The notes: a model not told the origin generated them from the sequence alone. A DNA stretch of 64,000 bases from Armatimonadota bacterium (GCA_963677485.1 OY781964.1:3584001-3648000), one strand, 5' to 3'. Shown: positions 10,162-25,141, counted from the stretch's first letter. Numbers and translations are program-made.

Positions 10162-12327
10162 ATGCGCATTTCTGAGATCACTGAGACGCCTCAAGACTTG
10201 CTGGAAGGTGCCCCAAAAGGCTTCAGCCGGTTCAGCTTCCCCGGTGGACAGCTTCAGGCACAACTGCTCAACAGGTACCTGTGGGATTTTTTCAAGAACC
10301 GGGCAGTCAACCTAAAGGCACCATATTTCAAGGAGTATCTTCAGATTGCCGACCTATGGCTGACTGAGGCTAATGAGCCCCGCACAGGGGTACCAATACA
10401 AGATACGCATGCAATTGAGCTCAGTGAAATATACCAGGAGAAGGACGGTTACCTGAGCAGCCATCAGGTGCCTAGCAGTGCGTATGACGCCGGATGGCCG
10501 TTTCCGGTTTGGTGCTACCCTCCCGGCTTCGAGGGGCATACCGTAGCCTGGAACTGGTGTGGTCCATACGGTCTGCCGGCCTTGTTCGTGGACTGGCAGC
10601 GGGCTCCTTATACAGGAGAAGGTGCCATCAAGGGCTGGAGCTTCCAGAACATGGAGAACGGCGGCATCACTGGCGGACACTGGCTGCTGAAGAGCACAGG
10701 GGCTGCCCCGAGTATGACCAGCCCGGAAGGTATGGAGTTCGACTCGTTCTGTACGCCATTTATCCAACTGCGCGGAATCTGTCAGACAGATATCCCGCTG
10801 ATGGCGGATGCCGTGCTGCAATGGCGGCGTGAAGGCGACAAGGGCTTCAGCACGCAGCGGCAGGTGGCCTTCGAGATCGACCCAGATAATCTGAAGGAAC
10901 CAGGTGTGAACGCGGTCACGGGCACGAACCACCTGCTCGCCAGGCTGCACCAACACCCGCAGTACAGCGGCAAGATCGCCCAGCTCCGAGTGGTGTTTAC
11001 ACCAAAGGACGTTCGCAATGATTACTGGCTGCACGAGTTTTTCACTGTTTATGACACCCGACACCCCATTAACTGCCCGATCTTCATCATCGCATCGTGG
11101 ATGCAGTATCAATGGTCGGGCGATGTGGGGTTTCTGCGCAAGAACGTGCTTCGCATGCGCAAGGCGCTCGCATGGCAGCAGCGTGAGTTTCATACGCTGA
11201 AGATGAACCATGTGCGGAACACCCTCACAGGTCATGATGGGCTGCCTGGGTTCACCAACCTTCCCGGTGGGAAGAAGCGCATCGAGTTCGGCCACGGCAT
11301 CGGCAATAACTACTTCGACATCTGCCCGTTTGGCTACGATGACCCCTACGCCACATCGCAGTATTATAAGAGCGCACTGGTGATCGCGGAGATGGAAGAG
11401 GCGATAGCCCAACATCCTGAATGGCGCATCGACCCTACTGAGGCCTGCAATCCGCGGCAGTTGCGTTCCCACGCGGCGAAAGTCAAGGATGTGATGAACC
11501 GCAAGTTCTGGGATGAGAAGAAGGGCCGTTTTATCGCCTGCATCGACCAGAACGGCAAAAAGTGGGACTACGGCTATACCTTCCTCAACATCGAGGCGAT
11601 CAACTACGGCATCGCGTCACCAGAACACGCCAGGCGCATCATACAGTGGCTGGATGGTGACATCACCATACCGGGCGAAACATCCACGGGTAAGGATATC
11701 TATGCCTGGCGGTTTGGCCCCAGAATATCGACCGTGCGCAACACGGAGTGGTACGGTCAGGGTTGGTTTGCCCCAGAGAACGTGCCGTGGGGCACTCAGG
11801 TGCAGGACGGCGGCGGTGTGCTGGGTTTCAGCTACTTCGATATCATCGCCCGCCTTCGTTCTGCCGGAGCTGATAACGCCTGGAAGCGGCTTCAAGAGAT
11901 ACTTCAGTGGGAAAAAGAAGTGCGTGACGCTGGCGGATACCGCGAATATTACAAGAAACTCGGTGTCACCCTGCAGGGCGGAGGTACTGCCGGCGGCATC
12001 GGTGTCGACTTTGAGTTCCTCGAGAGCAGCATGCTGCCGGCTGTGATACCGCTTGGCTTCATGGGTTTACGTCCAAATGGTGAGGAGCTGGCGATCAATC
12101 CGCAAATGCCAGCAGCACAGCCGGAGATGGCACTCCATGGGTTGCGGTTCCGAGATGCAGAGCTGGATGTTCAGTGCAGCAACACGCAGATCGTGCTTCG
12201 CTTGCGCAAGCGGGGCGGCCAACCCGTGATCGTGCGCCTGCCCGAGGGCTGGAAAGACCAGCAGGGGCGGAAGCTCTCGACGGCCCGGCTGTTCGCTGAG
12301 GGTGTTTACGGGTTTAGTAAGGGGTAG
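10162..12327 (+). CDS. Putative (alpha/alpha)6-barrel glycoside hydrolase, paralog 1 (no signal peptide)
   Basis: WSGDVGFL, NNYFD, KFWDEKKGRF, QVQDGG and GIGVDFEFLES motifs; GH65-like C-terminal beta domain; strong RBS. Confidence 0.7.
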   Translation: MRISEITETPQDLLEGAPKGFSRFSFPGGQLQAQLLNRYLWDFFKNRAVNLKAPYFKEYLQIADLWLTEANEPRTGVPIQDTHAIELSEIYQEKDGYLSSHQVPSSAYDAGWPFPVWCYPPGFEGHTVAWNWCGPYGLPALFVDWQRAPYTGEGAIKGWSFQNMENGGITGGHWLLKSTGAAPSMTSPEGMEFDSFCTPFIQLRGICQTDIPLMADAVLQWRREGDKGFSTQRQVAFEIDPDNLKEPGVNAVTGTNHLLARLHQHPQYSGKIAQLRVVFTPKDVRNDYWLHEFFTVYDTRHPINCPIFIIASWMQYQWSGDVGFLRKNVLRMRKALAWQQREFHTLKMNHVRNTLTGHDGLPGFTNLPGGKKRIEFGHGIGNNYFDICPFGYDDPYATSQYYKSALVIAEMEEAIAQHPEWRIDPTEACNPRQLRSHAAKVKDVMNRKFWDEKKGRFIACIDQNGKKWDYGYTFLNIEAINYGIASPEHARRIIQWLDGDITIPGETSTGKDIYAWRFGPRISTVRNTEWYGQGWFAPENVPWGTQVQDGGGVLGFSYFDIIARLRSAGADNAWKRLQEILQWEKEVRDAGGYREYYKKLGVTLQGGGTAGGIGVDFEFLESSMLPAVIPLGFMGLRPNGEELAINPQMPAAQPEMALHGLRFRDAELDVQCSNTQIVLRLRKRGGQPVIVRLPEGWKDQQGRKLSTARLFAEGVYGFSKG

Positions 12328-12412
12328 GGGAGATGCGTTGATGGCAGTGTTTGTCTGCCCTCAATGCCCTTGATGGCTATAATAAAACACCACACCTGCA
12401 GAAGGAGACATC

Positions 12413-14584
12413 ATGCCCAGGCCTGAGATAATACCCGCACCGACCGACTTGATGGAAGGGGCCCCCACAGGCTTCAGCCGGTTCAGCTTCCCGGGAGGGC
12501 AGCTTCAGGCGCAACTGCTGAACAGGTATCTGTGGGACTTCTTCAGGAACCGTGCGGTGAATGTAAAGGCCCCATACTATAAGGAGTACCTTCAGATTGC
12601 GGACCTCTGGCTGACGGAGGCTAACGAACCGCATACGGGTGTGCCCATCCAGCAGACCCACGCCACAGAACTGAGCGAGATATTTCAGGATGTGGACGGC
12701 TACCTGAGCAGTCACCAGGTGCTAAGCTGTGCTCATGACTTGGGTTGGCCTTTCCCTGTGTGGTGCTGGCCCGATGGATTTTCGGGTCATGCGACTGCCT
12801 GGAATTGGAGTGGTCCTTACGGCCTGCCTGCGCTGTTTCCTAACTGGAAACTGCCCGATTCGCCTTTCATTGGCGAACAGGCGCTGATGGGCTGGACCAC
12901 CCAGAACATGAAAAGCCGAGGTATCGTGGACAATCACTGGGAGCTGGAGGGCACAGGTTCATCGCCCAGCATCACCTCACCCGAAGGCTGGATCATTGAC
13001 GCCTTCTGCGCGCCGTTCACTCAGCTCAGAGGCGTATGCGCCACGGATGAAGCGGGCATGTCAGGGGTGGTGCTGCAATGGCAGCGCAAGGGTGACCGCG
13101 ATTTTAGTTCAGATCGTGAAGTGCCCATGGTGGTCGGCAAGGACAACCTGAACGCGCAGGGACTGAACTACATGACAGACGACCACCACTTGACCGCCAC
13201 ACTGCATCGACATCCATTATATAAGGGTAAAATCAAACGGCTTCGGGTGGTCTTCACAAAAACCGATGGCCGTGAGACTTATTGTCTGAACAACCTGTTC
13301 ACCGCATACGACACCCGGCACCCCATCAACTGTCCGATATTCATCATCTCTTGCTGGATGCAATACCAGTGGACCGGCGATGTGGATTTCCTGCGGATGA
13401 ACGCGCTTCGGATGCGCCGGGCGTTGGCCTGGCAGCAGAGCGAACTGAACACCCTGAAATACCAGCATGTGCGGAACACCATGACCGGGCACGACGGTCT
13501 GCCGGGCTTCAAAACGCTGCCTGGCGGCAAGAAGCAGATCGAGTTTGGGCATGGCATCGGGAATAACTACTTCGATGTCTGCCCGTTTGGGTATGACGAC
13601 GCCTACGCCACATCGCAGTATTACCGCAGTGTTCTGGTGATGGCTGAGATGGAGGAGGCCGTCGCTCAGCACCCAGAATGGCGTGTGGAACGAGAGAAAG
13701 CCTTCAATCCGCACCAACTGCGTGACCACGCCGCGAAGGTCAAAGTGGTGATGAACCGAAAGTTTTGGGATGACAAGAAAGGGCGGTTCATTGCTTGTAT
13801 CGACCAGAACGGAAGAAAATGGGACTTCGGCTATACCTTCTTGAACATCGAGGCCATCACCAACAGCATCGCCACACCAGAACATGCGAAACGCATCCTG
13901 GAGTGGCTGGACGGCAAGCATATCGTGCCAGGTGAAACCTCAACCGGCAGCGACATCTATGCCTGGCGGTTTGGTCCGCGCGTCTCCACAGTGCGCAACA
14001 CCGAGTGGTATGCTCAAGGATGGTTTGCGCCGGAGAACGTGCCCTGGGGCGGTCAGGTGCAGGACGGCGGTGGGGTGCTGGGATTCAGCTACTTCGACCT
14101 GCTGGCAAGGCTTCGGACCGCCGGAGCAGATAACGCCTGGAAGCGGCTACTGGAGATTCTGGACTGGGAGAAGGAGGTGCGTGACGCTGGCGGTTACCGT
14201 GACTACTACAAGAAGCTTGGTGTCACCCTCCAGGGCGGTGGTACCGAAGGAGGTATCGGCATCGACTTTGAGTTTTTGGAGAGCAGTATGATCCCTGCGA
14301 TCATCCCGCTGGGGTTCATGGGCTTGCAGCCGATGGGGGATGGGTTGGCGATCAACCCGCAGATGCCGTCCGCTCAGCCGGAGATGGCACTACACGGTCT
14401 GCTATTCCGTGGTTCGGAGCTGGATGTGCAGTGCAGCAACCAACAGATTATCTTCCGCTTGCGGAAGCATGGGAAGTTACCGGTGATTCTGCACCTCCCT
14501 GAAGGCTGGCGTGACGTCCACGGCCGCCAGGTGGGTTCCGCCCGGCTGTTCGCTGAGGGCGAGTTTGTGTTTACGAAGAAATAA
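12413..14584 (+). CDS. Putative (alpha/alpha)6-barrel glycoside hydrolase, paralog 2
   Basis: Colinear with paralog 1, with long identical stretches; own TATAAT and AAGGAG. Confidence 0.7.
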   Translation: MPRPEIIPAPTDLMEGAPTGFSRFSFPGGQLQAQLLNRYLWDFFRNRAVNVKAPYYKEYLQIADLWLTEANEPHTGVPIQQTHATELSEIFQDVDGYLSSHQVLSCAHDLGWPFPVWCWPDGFSGHATAWNWSGPYGLPALFPNWKLPDSPFIGEQALMGWTTQNMKSRGIVDNHWELEGTGSSPSITSPEGWIIDAFCAPFTQLRGVCATDEAGMSGVVLQWQRKGDRDFSSDREVPMVVGKDNLNAQGLNYMTDDHHLTATLHRHPLYKGKIKRLRVVFTKTDGRETYCLNNLFTAYDTRHPINCPIFIISCWMQYQWTGDVDFLRMNALRMRRALAWQQSELNTLKYQHVRNTMTGHDGLPGFKTLPGGKKQIEFGHGIGNNYFDVCPFGYDDAYATSQYYRSVLVMAEMEEAVAQHPEWRVEREKAFNPHQLRDHAAKVKVVMNRKFWDDKKGRFIACIDQNGRKWDFGYTFLNIEAITNSIATPEHAKRILEWLDGKHIVPGETSTGSDIYAWRFGPRVSTVRNTEWYAQGWFAPENVPWGGQVQDGGGVLGFSYFDLLARLRTAGADNAWKRLLEILDWEKEVRDAGGYRDYYKKLGVTLQGGGTEGGIGIDFEFLESSMIPAIIPLGFMGLQPMGDGLAINPQMPSAQPEMALHGLLFRGSELDVQCSNQQIIFRLRKHGKLPVILHLPEGWRDVHGRQVGSARLFAEGEFVFTKK

Positions 14585-14607
14585 TCTATATCACATGAGG
14601 TGCATCG

Positions 14608-16887
14608 TTGGTGTTTAGCATGTTCGTCTCAGTCATGGCCGTCATCGTGCTCGCTGGTTCGGTATCGGCAGATGGCTCGCAGCCGGCGGTGAGCCCAGCG
14701 ATTGGGACCATCCCCGCCGAGTTCACTAGCTTTGAGTTTGCGGGTCACCAGCGTGAATCTGCGTTTCTGAACGGCTATCTCTGGCGTCATTTCAACTCAC
14801 GGCTGGCCGGAGGCGGGAAGGCCGTGTTCAATAAAGAGTATCTCACACTTTCAGATTTGTGGGTGGCGGGTGCCGTCGATAAGGTCGCGGAGAAGCCGAT
14901 TCAGGAGCTGCTCCGCTCAGACATCACCGACATCCAGCTCGATGATGAAGGCTATGTGCATACCCATCAGCACTTCTCCCATGCCCACGAAAACGGCTGG
15001 CCATTTCCGCTTTGGACGCAAGCAGGCACCAACCCTGAACAACTGAATGGCAAAACAGCAGGATGGCACTTCACACCGCCGCCTGCCTGGTCGCTGCTGG
15101 CCATCGTCACCAACGGATGGGATATGGCACGCTACTTCGGCGAGACGGCGATCCAAGGATGGGAACTCAGCAATTTACGCTCGCTGGGGTTCAAAGAGAA
15201 AAAGTGGCAACTGGAAAGCACCGGCCCGTCGCCAACTCTCACAACACCCAATGGCTCGGTCATAGATGCTTTTCAGGCACCATTTCTGCAGCTCAGGTGG
15301 AACCGCATCGGTGAGCCATCCAACAATGCGATGCCTTATGTAGAGTGGCTGCGTGAAGGTGATACGGAGTTTGGTGCGGACCGGCGCGTCTACTTTGGCC
15401 TGAAGAGCACCGATCTGTCCGAAATCTGTGCGATTTGGCGTCCTGACAGCAACCGCACCAACACCGCCGAATCCGGCACCGAGCACTGCATGATCGAGAT
15501 GTTTCAACACCCTAAGTGGCGGGGCAAGATCAAGCGGATGCGGATCGTGCTGGCTCCTGGCGAGTCGCACATGCAGTTCGCGATCGACTCCTTCTTCACC
15601 GTCTATGACACACGTCAATCGATCAACAACCCCCTATATGTGTTGAGTTGCTGGAATACCTTCCGCTGGACAGGCGACCTGGAGTTCCTGCGGGCCAACA
15701 TCAACAAGATGCGTGCTGCCCTGCGTTACGATCAGACGGTGATGGGCGGGATGGAGCTTGGCCACATCCGCAACCCGTGGAATGGCCACGACGGTCTGCC
15801 ATCCTGGACGACCAACCCCGACGGCTCAAAGCTGTTCCATTCGGGAAATGGTCTGGCTGATAATTACTACGATCTGCTGCCATTTGGCTGGGATGACATG
15901 TATGCCACCTCGAACTATTATGCTGCGACCAAAGCGATGGCGGATTTGGAGCAGGCGGTCATCGACCACCCGGGCTGGAATGTGTCTTGCGGGGCTTCGG
16001 CGTTCGATCCCGCTGATCTTCTGAAGCACGCGAAGGCAGTAGCGGCTGTGGCGAACAAGCGGTTCTGGAACAAACAGACCGGCCGGTTTGTGGGGTGCAT
16101 TGATCAAAACGGGAATGCACATGACTACGGCTTTACCTATATGAATCTTGAGGCCGTCTGCCGTGACCTACCGACCCCTGACCACGCAAAGGAGATCATG
16201 AGCTGGATATCCGGCAAGCGCGTGGTGAAGGGCGATACATCGACTGGCGCCGACATCTACAAGTGGGAGTTCGGTCCGCGAATGACCACAAAACGCAACG
16301 TCGAGTGGTATGTCCAGGGCTGGTATGAGCCAGAAAGCGTGCCCTGGGGCGGACAGATACAAGATGGCGGCGCGGTGCTGGGCTTTGCATATTACGACAT
16401 CATGGCCAGGTTGAAGACATTGGGACCGGATGATGCCTGGAATCGGATGAGTGAGCTGCTGGCTTGGGAGGCGAAGACACTGCCGTTCAGCAGCTATCGT
16501 GATTACTATAAAAGCGTGCCCGATGCACCCATGCAGGGGAGTGGGGTGGCTGGCGGGCTTGGTATCGACGTGGAGTTCTTTGAGAGTAGTCTGGTGCCCT
16601 CAGCGGTGGTCTATGGATTTTTGGGACTGGAGCCGAAGTCGGCTGTGTTGTGCATCGAACCCAAGCTGCCCGCGAAATGCCCTGAGATGACGGTCAGGAA
16701 CCTTCTCTACCATGGGGTTCGGATGGACGTGAGGGCCGGTAAAGGCTTTGTGGAGTTCACACTCAAGGACCGGCCTGTTGAGGGCTTGCGCCTGGAGTTC
16801 ATGCACGACCTGGCTCTGAAGGGCACCACCACGCGCGGGCGGCGGTTTGAGCTGCTCGAGCCGGGGGTCTACCGGTTCGCGGGGTAG
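14608..16887 (+). CDS. Putative (alpha/alpha)6-barrel glycoside hydrolase, paralog 3 (signal peptide)
   Basis: Same motifs (NYYDLLPFG, QIQDGG, GLGIDVEFFES); hydrophobic N-terminus ending VSA. Confidence 0.7.
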   Translation: MVFSMFVSVMAVIVLAGSVSADGSQPAVSPAIGTIPAEFTSFEFAGHQRESAFLNGYLWRHFNSRLAGGGKAVFNKEYLTLSDLWVAGAVDKVAEKPIQELLRSDITDIQLDDEGYVHTHQHFSHAHENGWPFPLWTQAGTNPEQLNGKTAGWHFTPPPAWSLLAIVTNGWDMARYFGETAIQGWELSNLRSLGFKEKKWQLESTGPSPTLTTPNGSVIDAFQAPFLQLRWNRIGEPSNNAMPYVEWLREGDTEFGADRRVYFGLKSTDLSEICAIWRPDSNRTNTAESGTEHCMIEMFQHPKWRGKIKRMRIVLAPGESHMQFAIDSFFTVYDTRQSINNPLYVLSCWNTFRWTGDLEFLRANINKMRAALRYDQTVMGGMELGHIRNPWNGHDGLPSWTTNPDGSKLFHSGNGLADNYYDLLPFGWDDMYATSNYYAATKAMADLEQAVIDHPGWNVSCGASAFDPADLLKHAKAVAAVANKRFWNKQTGRFVGCIDQNGNAHDYGFTYMNLEAVCRDLPTPDHAKEIMSWISGKRVVKGDTSTGADIYKWEFGPRMTTKRNVEWYVQGWYEPESVPWGGQIQDGGAVLGFAYYDIMARLKTLGPDDAWNRMSELLAWEAKTLPFSSYRDYYKSVPDAPMQGSGVAGGLGIDVEFFESSLVPSAVVYGFLGLEPKSAVLCIEPKLPAKCPEMTVRNLLYHGVRMDVRAGKGFVEFTLKDRPVEGLRLEFMHDLALKGTTTRGRRFELLEPGVYRFAG

Positions 16888-16908
16888 GGGCGATTCGCGA
16901 ATCGCCCC
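16884..16908 (+). repeat. GTAG-type REP
   Basis: GTAG-GGGCGATTCGCGAATCGCCC; the GTAG overlaps the TAG stop of the upstream gene. Confidence 0.85.
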
Positions 16909-16974
16909 AATGGCGAACACCGCCCCGGTTCAGGTAACCGGTGCGGTGTAGTCCGCTTGGCTTATAATGAATAG

Positions 16975-20851
<3,877 letters not shown>

Positions 20852-21082
20852 GAGAGCGGAGGTTCCTCGACCTGAATGGGTATTGGTATACCATGTGCTG
20901 TGACTTTGTGTCACCTAAATTCGTCAACCAGTCAGATCACCAGACTCGGTAATAACCGATCATTCTGCGTCTCTAGCATCAGCATCACCACACATTTTCA
21001 GCTTCCTTAACATCATTGGGTCCCATTGTTCAAATACACAGAAAAAACGTAGGAAATAAGTCAAGAATACATACAAGTGCCC

Positions 21083-21112
21083 TTGACGCTCACAATGTTA
21101 TTGAGGTAAAGT
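21083..21112 (+). promoter_or_regulatory. Putative sigma70 promoter
   Basis: TTGACG-18 bp-TAAAGT upstream of the lipoprotein gene. Confidence 0.4.
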
Positions 21113-21193
21113 AATGCAAAGCATCGTATTTGAGGTGCTAATACCCATATTGGCAGGCATGTCTCTGCCAAATACTCGAATAGGAGACGGAAG

Positions 21194-23082
21194 ATGAAAC
21201 AGTCCACGAAGAGGTTAGTGCTTGCTCTTCTACCGTTAGTCGTATTACAACTTACCATGACCGGATGTGGAGGAGGAGGTGGAGATGACGGTTCGAACTC
21301 GTCATTCACCGCCGTGGAAACTCAACAGATTCAACAACTAGACCAAGCTGTTGAAACGGTGAAAAACAGTAGCAGTAGTGCTGAAATGATCGAGAAAATG
21401 GTAAATACGGCGAAGGCATGCCCTGGCGTTGAGAAGGTTTCGAAAGGATCTTACGGAATCAAGGTAACGATGACCAATGGGGTTACGACGATCTGGGATT
21501 TTTCACCGCTTGATAAGAGTGACATTCGATCATCTCATGTTCCACATCCCACTCGCGCTAGTCGGGGTAATAATGTGGGCACTCTTCTGTACCTTAGCCC
21601 ACTACATGATGTGAGCCATTCTGGCATCGCAGATTATTCCAATGACTACCAATCACTAGCATCATCCGCCAACCTAAACTTTCAAGAAATTGAGGGATCT
21701 AGTGTGTCTGTTGATGCACTAAAGCATCTACCTTCTGCAGACATGATCATATTTAACACACATGGGGGTAACTATGATGGTAAGGTTGTACTCGCAACAG
21801 GTGAAGATCCTTCTGCAAATACCTATTTAAATCAATATTACGGTGACCTAACTGGTGGTAATCCGCGACTTGTTCGATTACATCACGATTGGGATAGGAA
21901 CCATGGTGGCGCGTTTAGGTACTGCATCACTCCAGAGTTCCTCGACTATTATTATGGATCACAGAAGCTCAAACGCAACTCATGATCTATACAGGCGCCT
22001 GTTTCGGGGCAGCAAATACAAGTATGGGGGATGCATTTCGACGCGCTGGGGCCTCTGTATTTATCGGCTGGAGCGATGCCGGAAATCATGGTGCTCAATA
22101 TGGTGCCCGATTCCTGAGTTATTTGATAGATGGCCGAACACTTCGGCAAGCGTATGACAGTGCCAAAAACGAAGGTATTACTGACTACCAGATCAAAAAT
22201 GAGGACACATGGTGGCCATTCGACTACTACCACCCAGAGTTGCGATTAGTTCGCAACGAAGACAGCACTGTCTGGGGATGGAAATTACCGGTTGCCTCTA
22301 CGACCGCGGCTCCTGCGATCACAATTAGCAGCCCGCTAGACGGAAGCTCGCAGTATTCACCTGTTATCCATCTTGTAGGGACTGTCAGCGATGCTTCAAT
22401 AGATAAGGGAACGGTTACCATTACAAACAATGGACGAAGTGTATCTGCTCCTCTGCTACTAGTTAATGGGGTGTTCGATGCCCGTGAAGCTATCTCGCCA
22501 GGACTAAACCGGGTAACCGTTTCTGCTCTGAACTCAGGAGGCGTCGGAAATACCAGTGTGAACGTTCGGTGTAGCTCCGCTAACCCAGTTATATGGACGG
22601 AGCTTGTTTGGGACACAAACGGAACGGATGTCGATATACACCTACTGAAACCTGGAGCATCGCTCTTCGATATCCCCGGTGATTGTTATTTCAGTAATAT
22701 GAAACCGGACTGGGGAGCAGCAGGGGCAGGTGATGATCCCCAGCTAGATATCGACGACATCGACGGATACGGACCTGAACATATCACGTTGAACAAGATG
22801 CCTACCGCTGGGCGTTACAGTCTTTGGGTACACTATTGGAACGGATATGGTTCTACCAAGTTTAATCTAGTGGTGTCGACTCTCACGGGCCTTCGCACAT
22901 TTGGTCCTTTTGAACTTAACTACTCTGGCGATCGGCAAGGCGAGGCTATACATGTTTGTGACATTGATCTACCATCGGGTAACGTTGTTGGCGCTGGCTC
23001 GCGATCATACTCTTCAGTGAGAATTGACGTGCCGACCCAAATCAAGAAGGCCATTGGCGCGCGTTTACCTGCAAAACGGTAA
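21194..23082 (+). pseudogene. Lipoprotein with caspase/gingipain-like domain, Ig-like domain and YfaP/DUF2135-like domain, split at about 21983
   Basis: Lipobox MTGC plus poly-G; NTHGG in ORF 21194..21985 and IYTGACFG in ORF 21982..23082; LVWDTNGTDVDIH...LDIDDIDGYGPE. One added base fuses the two ORFs. Confidence 0.65.
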
Positions 23083-23509
23083 TAATTTGTAGATCGATGT
23101 CGTAGTAAGGATGCGTGTATTTCTATGGTTCAGTTTTAGATTTGCTTTATCGAAGCTGAACCATACTTAGAAATGCATTAAGATTAGGTAATGCAGCCAA
23201 AGTAATCCAAAAGGTATGCTGTAGATCACCTGTCATGAATCGCTACAATGTCTTCGCTTCTGACGGAGTAGCTATGCGTATATGTTTCAGATAAATCACT
23301 AGAGTGCCAGTCCAGAACTACAATGGCAGTATCATATCGGTAAATCACAATACGTGATCGGAAGATAAATCGTTTATAATTTAGAGTATAGGGATACTGG
23401 GTATCTAACAACCCAATGCCTGATCTGTGGAGAGCATTAACTACCATTTCGGTATTTATTTCGTTTATCTAGTAATTGACAAACATTGTTACCTGTTATC
23501 ATACCCCCC

Positions 23510-24205
23510 CTACACCTCAACCCACGCGCCGGGGGTGGGGGTGAGGATATCCAACCCGGCGCCAGCCAGCGCGGCTTTGAACTCATCCTGAGTTCCTTGA
23601 CCGGCCCAGGTGCCGCTATGGATGGGCAGCATGCGCTTCACACCCAGCCAGCGTGTGGCGAGGGCGGCGTGCTTCGGACCCATGGTGTAGTGCCCGTCGA
23701 TAGGCAGGCATGCCAGATCGGGCTGATAGAGCTCGCCAATCAACTTCATGTCACCGAACAGGGCCGTGTCTCCCGCAAAATAAACGGTGGGTCCGGCGGA
23801 TACTTCAAGCACGAAGCCCACGGGTTCGCCAAGCATCCTGGAAGTGCCGTCGCTGTCGGTGATCGCGCTGCTGTGTTCGGCATGGACCATATGCAGCCGG
23901 TTCTTGCCGAGTAAGATGCTGCCGCCCTTATTGAAGCCTTTGGTGGTGACCCCGTTGCTGCCCAAATAACGGGCGACTTCGCCTATAGAGACGATCGTGC
24001 TTTTGTGCTGAACTGCCAGCGGAACCGCTTCGCCAATATGGTCGTTGTGGGCGTGTGTCACCATTATCCAGTCCAGCTTGTCAAATACGACGTCCTTGGG
24101 TGCATTGGGGTTGGATATCCAGGGATCGACCAGAATATCCAGCCCGTCTGCCGTCTGTAGATGGATGGCCGCATGACCTAACCAGCGAAGTCTATTGATG
24201 CTCAT
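23510..24205 (-). CDS. Metallo-beta-lactamase-fold hydrolase (UPF0173-like)
   Basis: WLGHA, THAHNDH, AEHSS, YFAGDT and PIH motifs. Confidence 0.9.
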   Translation of the reverse strand: MSINRLRWLGHAAIHLQTADGLDILVDPWISNPNAPKDVVFDKLDWIMVTHAHNDHIGEAVPLAVQHKSTIVSIGEVARYLGSNGVTTKGFNKGGSILLGKNRLHMVHAEHSSAITDSDGTSRMLGEPVGFVLEVSAGPTVYFAGDTALFGDMKLIGELYQPDLACLPIDGHYTMGPKHAALATRWLGVKRMLPIHSGTWAGQGTQDEFKAALAGAGLDILTPTPGAWVEV

Positions 24206-24206
24206 A

Positions 24207-25013
24207 TTAAAGCAGGTGCTCCAGACCAACCACCAGACCTTGACACTTGATGCTTCCGCGAACGGCCAGCATCACCCCGCCCATGAACGATTCGCGGTCG
24301 ATTGAGTCATGGCGAATGGTGAGTGTTTCGCCGTTGCCGCCGAACAGCACCATCTGGTGGGCGATGTAGCCGCTTAAACGTACGCTATGCACAGGCACCC
24401 GAGCTACCTCGGCACCGCGGGCACCTTCGAACTTCTCTTCTTGAACCAGCGTCTTGGGCTCCTCTGTGCGTCCAGCAGCGATCATCTCAGCGGTGCGGAT
24501 GGCGGTACCGCTGGGGGCGTCGACCTTCTTGTCGTGATGCATCTCAATGATCTCGGCATTGGGGAAGTATTTCGCGGCCTGCTGAGAGAAGCTCATCATT
24601 AACACCGCGCCAATCGCAAAGTTGGGGATAATCAGAACGGGCGATGATGATGGCTCCATCATGCTTTCGATCTGTGCCAGTGTCTGTGCCGAGAAACCGC
24701 TGGCGCCGACCACGGGTATCACGCTGTTCTGAAGGCAGATTCCGATGTGGTTCATGGCGGAGCCAAGGTTGGTGAAGTCAACTACCACCTGTGGTTTGTG
24801 CTCAGCGATCACATCGGCCAGGTTCTGCTGCACGAGTACACCGTTGGGGGTTCCGCTGGCGATGCTGCCGATGTCCTCGCCGACATGCATCTGGTCGGCC
24901 GCGCCGACGAGTTCGATGTCGGTCTGCTGCATGGCGGTGTTGACCACAGATCGGCCCATCCGACCGCACGCGCCTGCGACCGCCATGCGGATTTTGGGGT
25001 TGGTAGTATTCAT
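24207..25013 (-). CDS. dapB: 4-hydroxy-tetrahydrodipicolinate reductase
   Basis: GACGRMG, VDFT, EMHHDKKVDAPSGTA; RBS before ATG 25013. Confidence 0.97.
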   Translation of the reverse strand: MNTTNPKIRMAVAGACGRMGRSVVNTAMQQTDIELVGAADQMHVGEDIGSIASGTPNGVLVQQNLADVIAEHKPQVVVDFTNLGSAMNHIGICLQNSVIPVVGASGFSAQTLAQIESMMEPSSSPVLIIPNFAIGAVLMMSFSQQAAKYFPNAEIIEMHHDKKVDAPSGTAIRTAEMIAAGRTEEPKTLVQEEKFEGARGAEVARVPVHSVRLSGYIAHQMVLFGGNGETLTIRHDSIDRESFMGGVMLAVRGSIKCQGLVVGLEHLL

Positions 25014-25141
25014 TTGGCTCTCCTTAGGGTTCAATATATATAAAAAGTATAGGATACTAATGCGCCATCGTAAGGTGGCATTCCCACGAGGTGGGTAAGG
25101 GTCGTTAAGCGACGGGTAAACAAGGTGGCCTCGGGACGGAC

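Noticed and set aside
23119-23174. Long imperfect hairpin (TATGGTTCAG...CTGAACCATA) as ncRNA or attC
   Set aside because: Single copy with no attC core sites; most simply a 3' structure of the lipoprotein gene.
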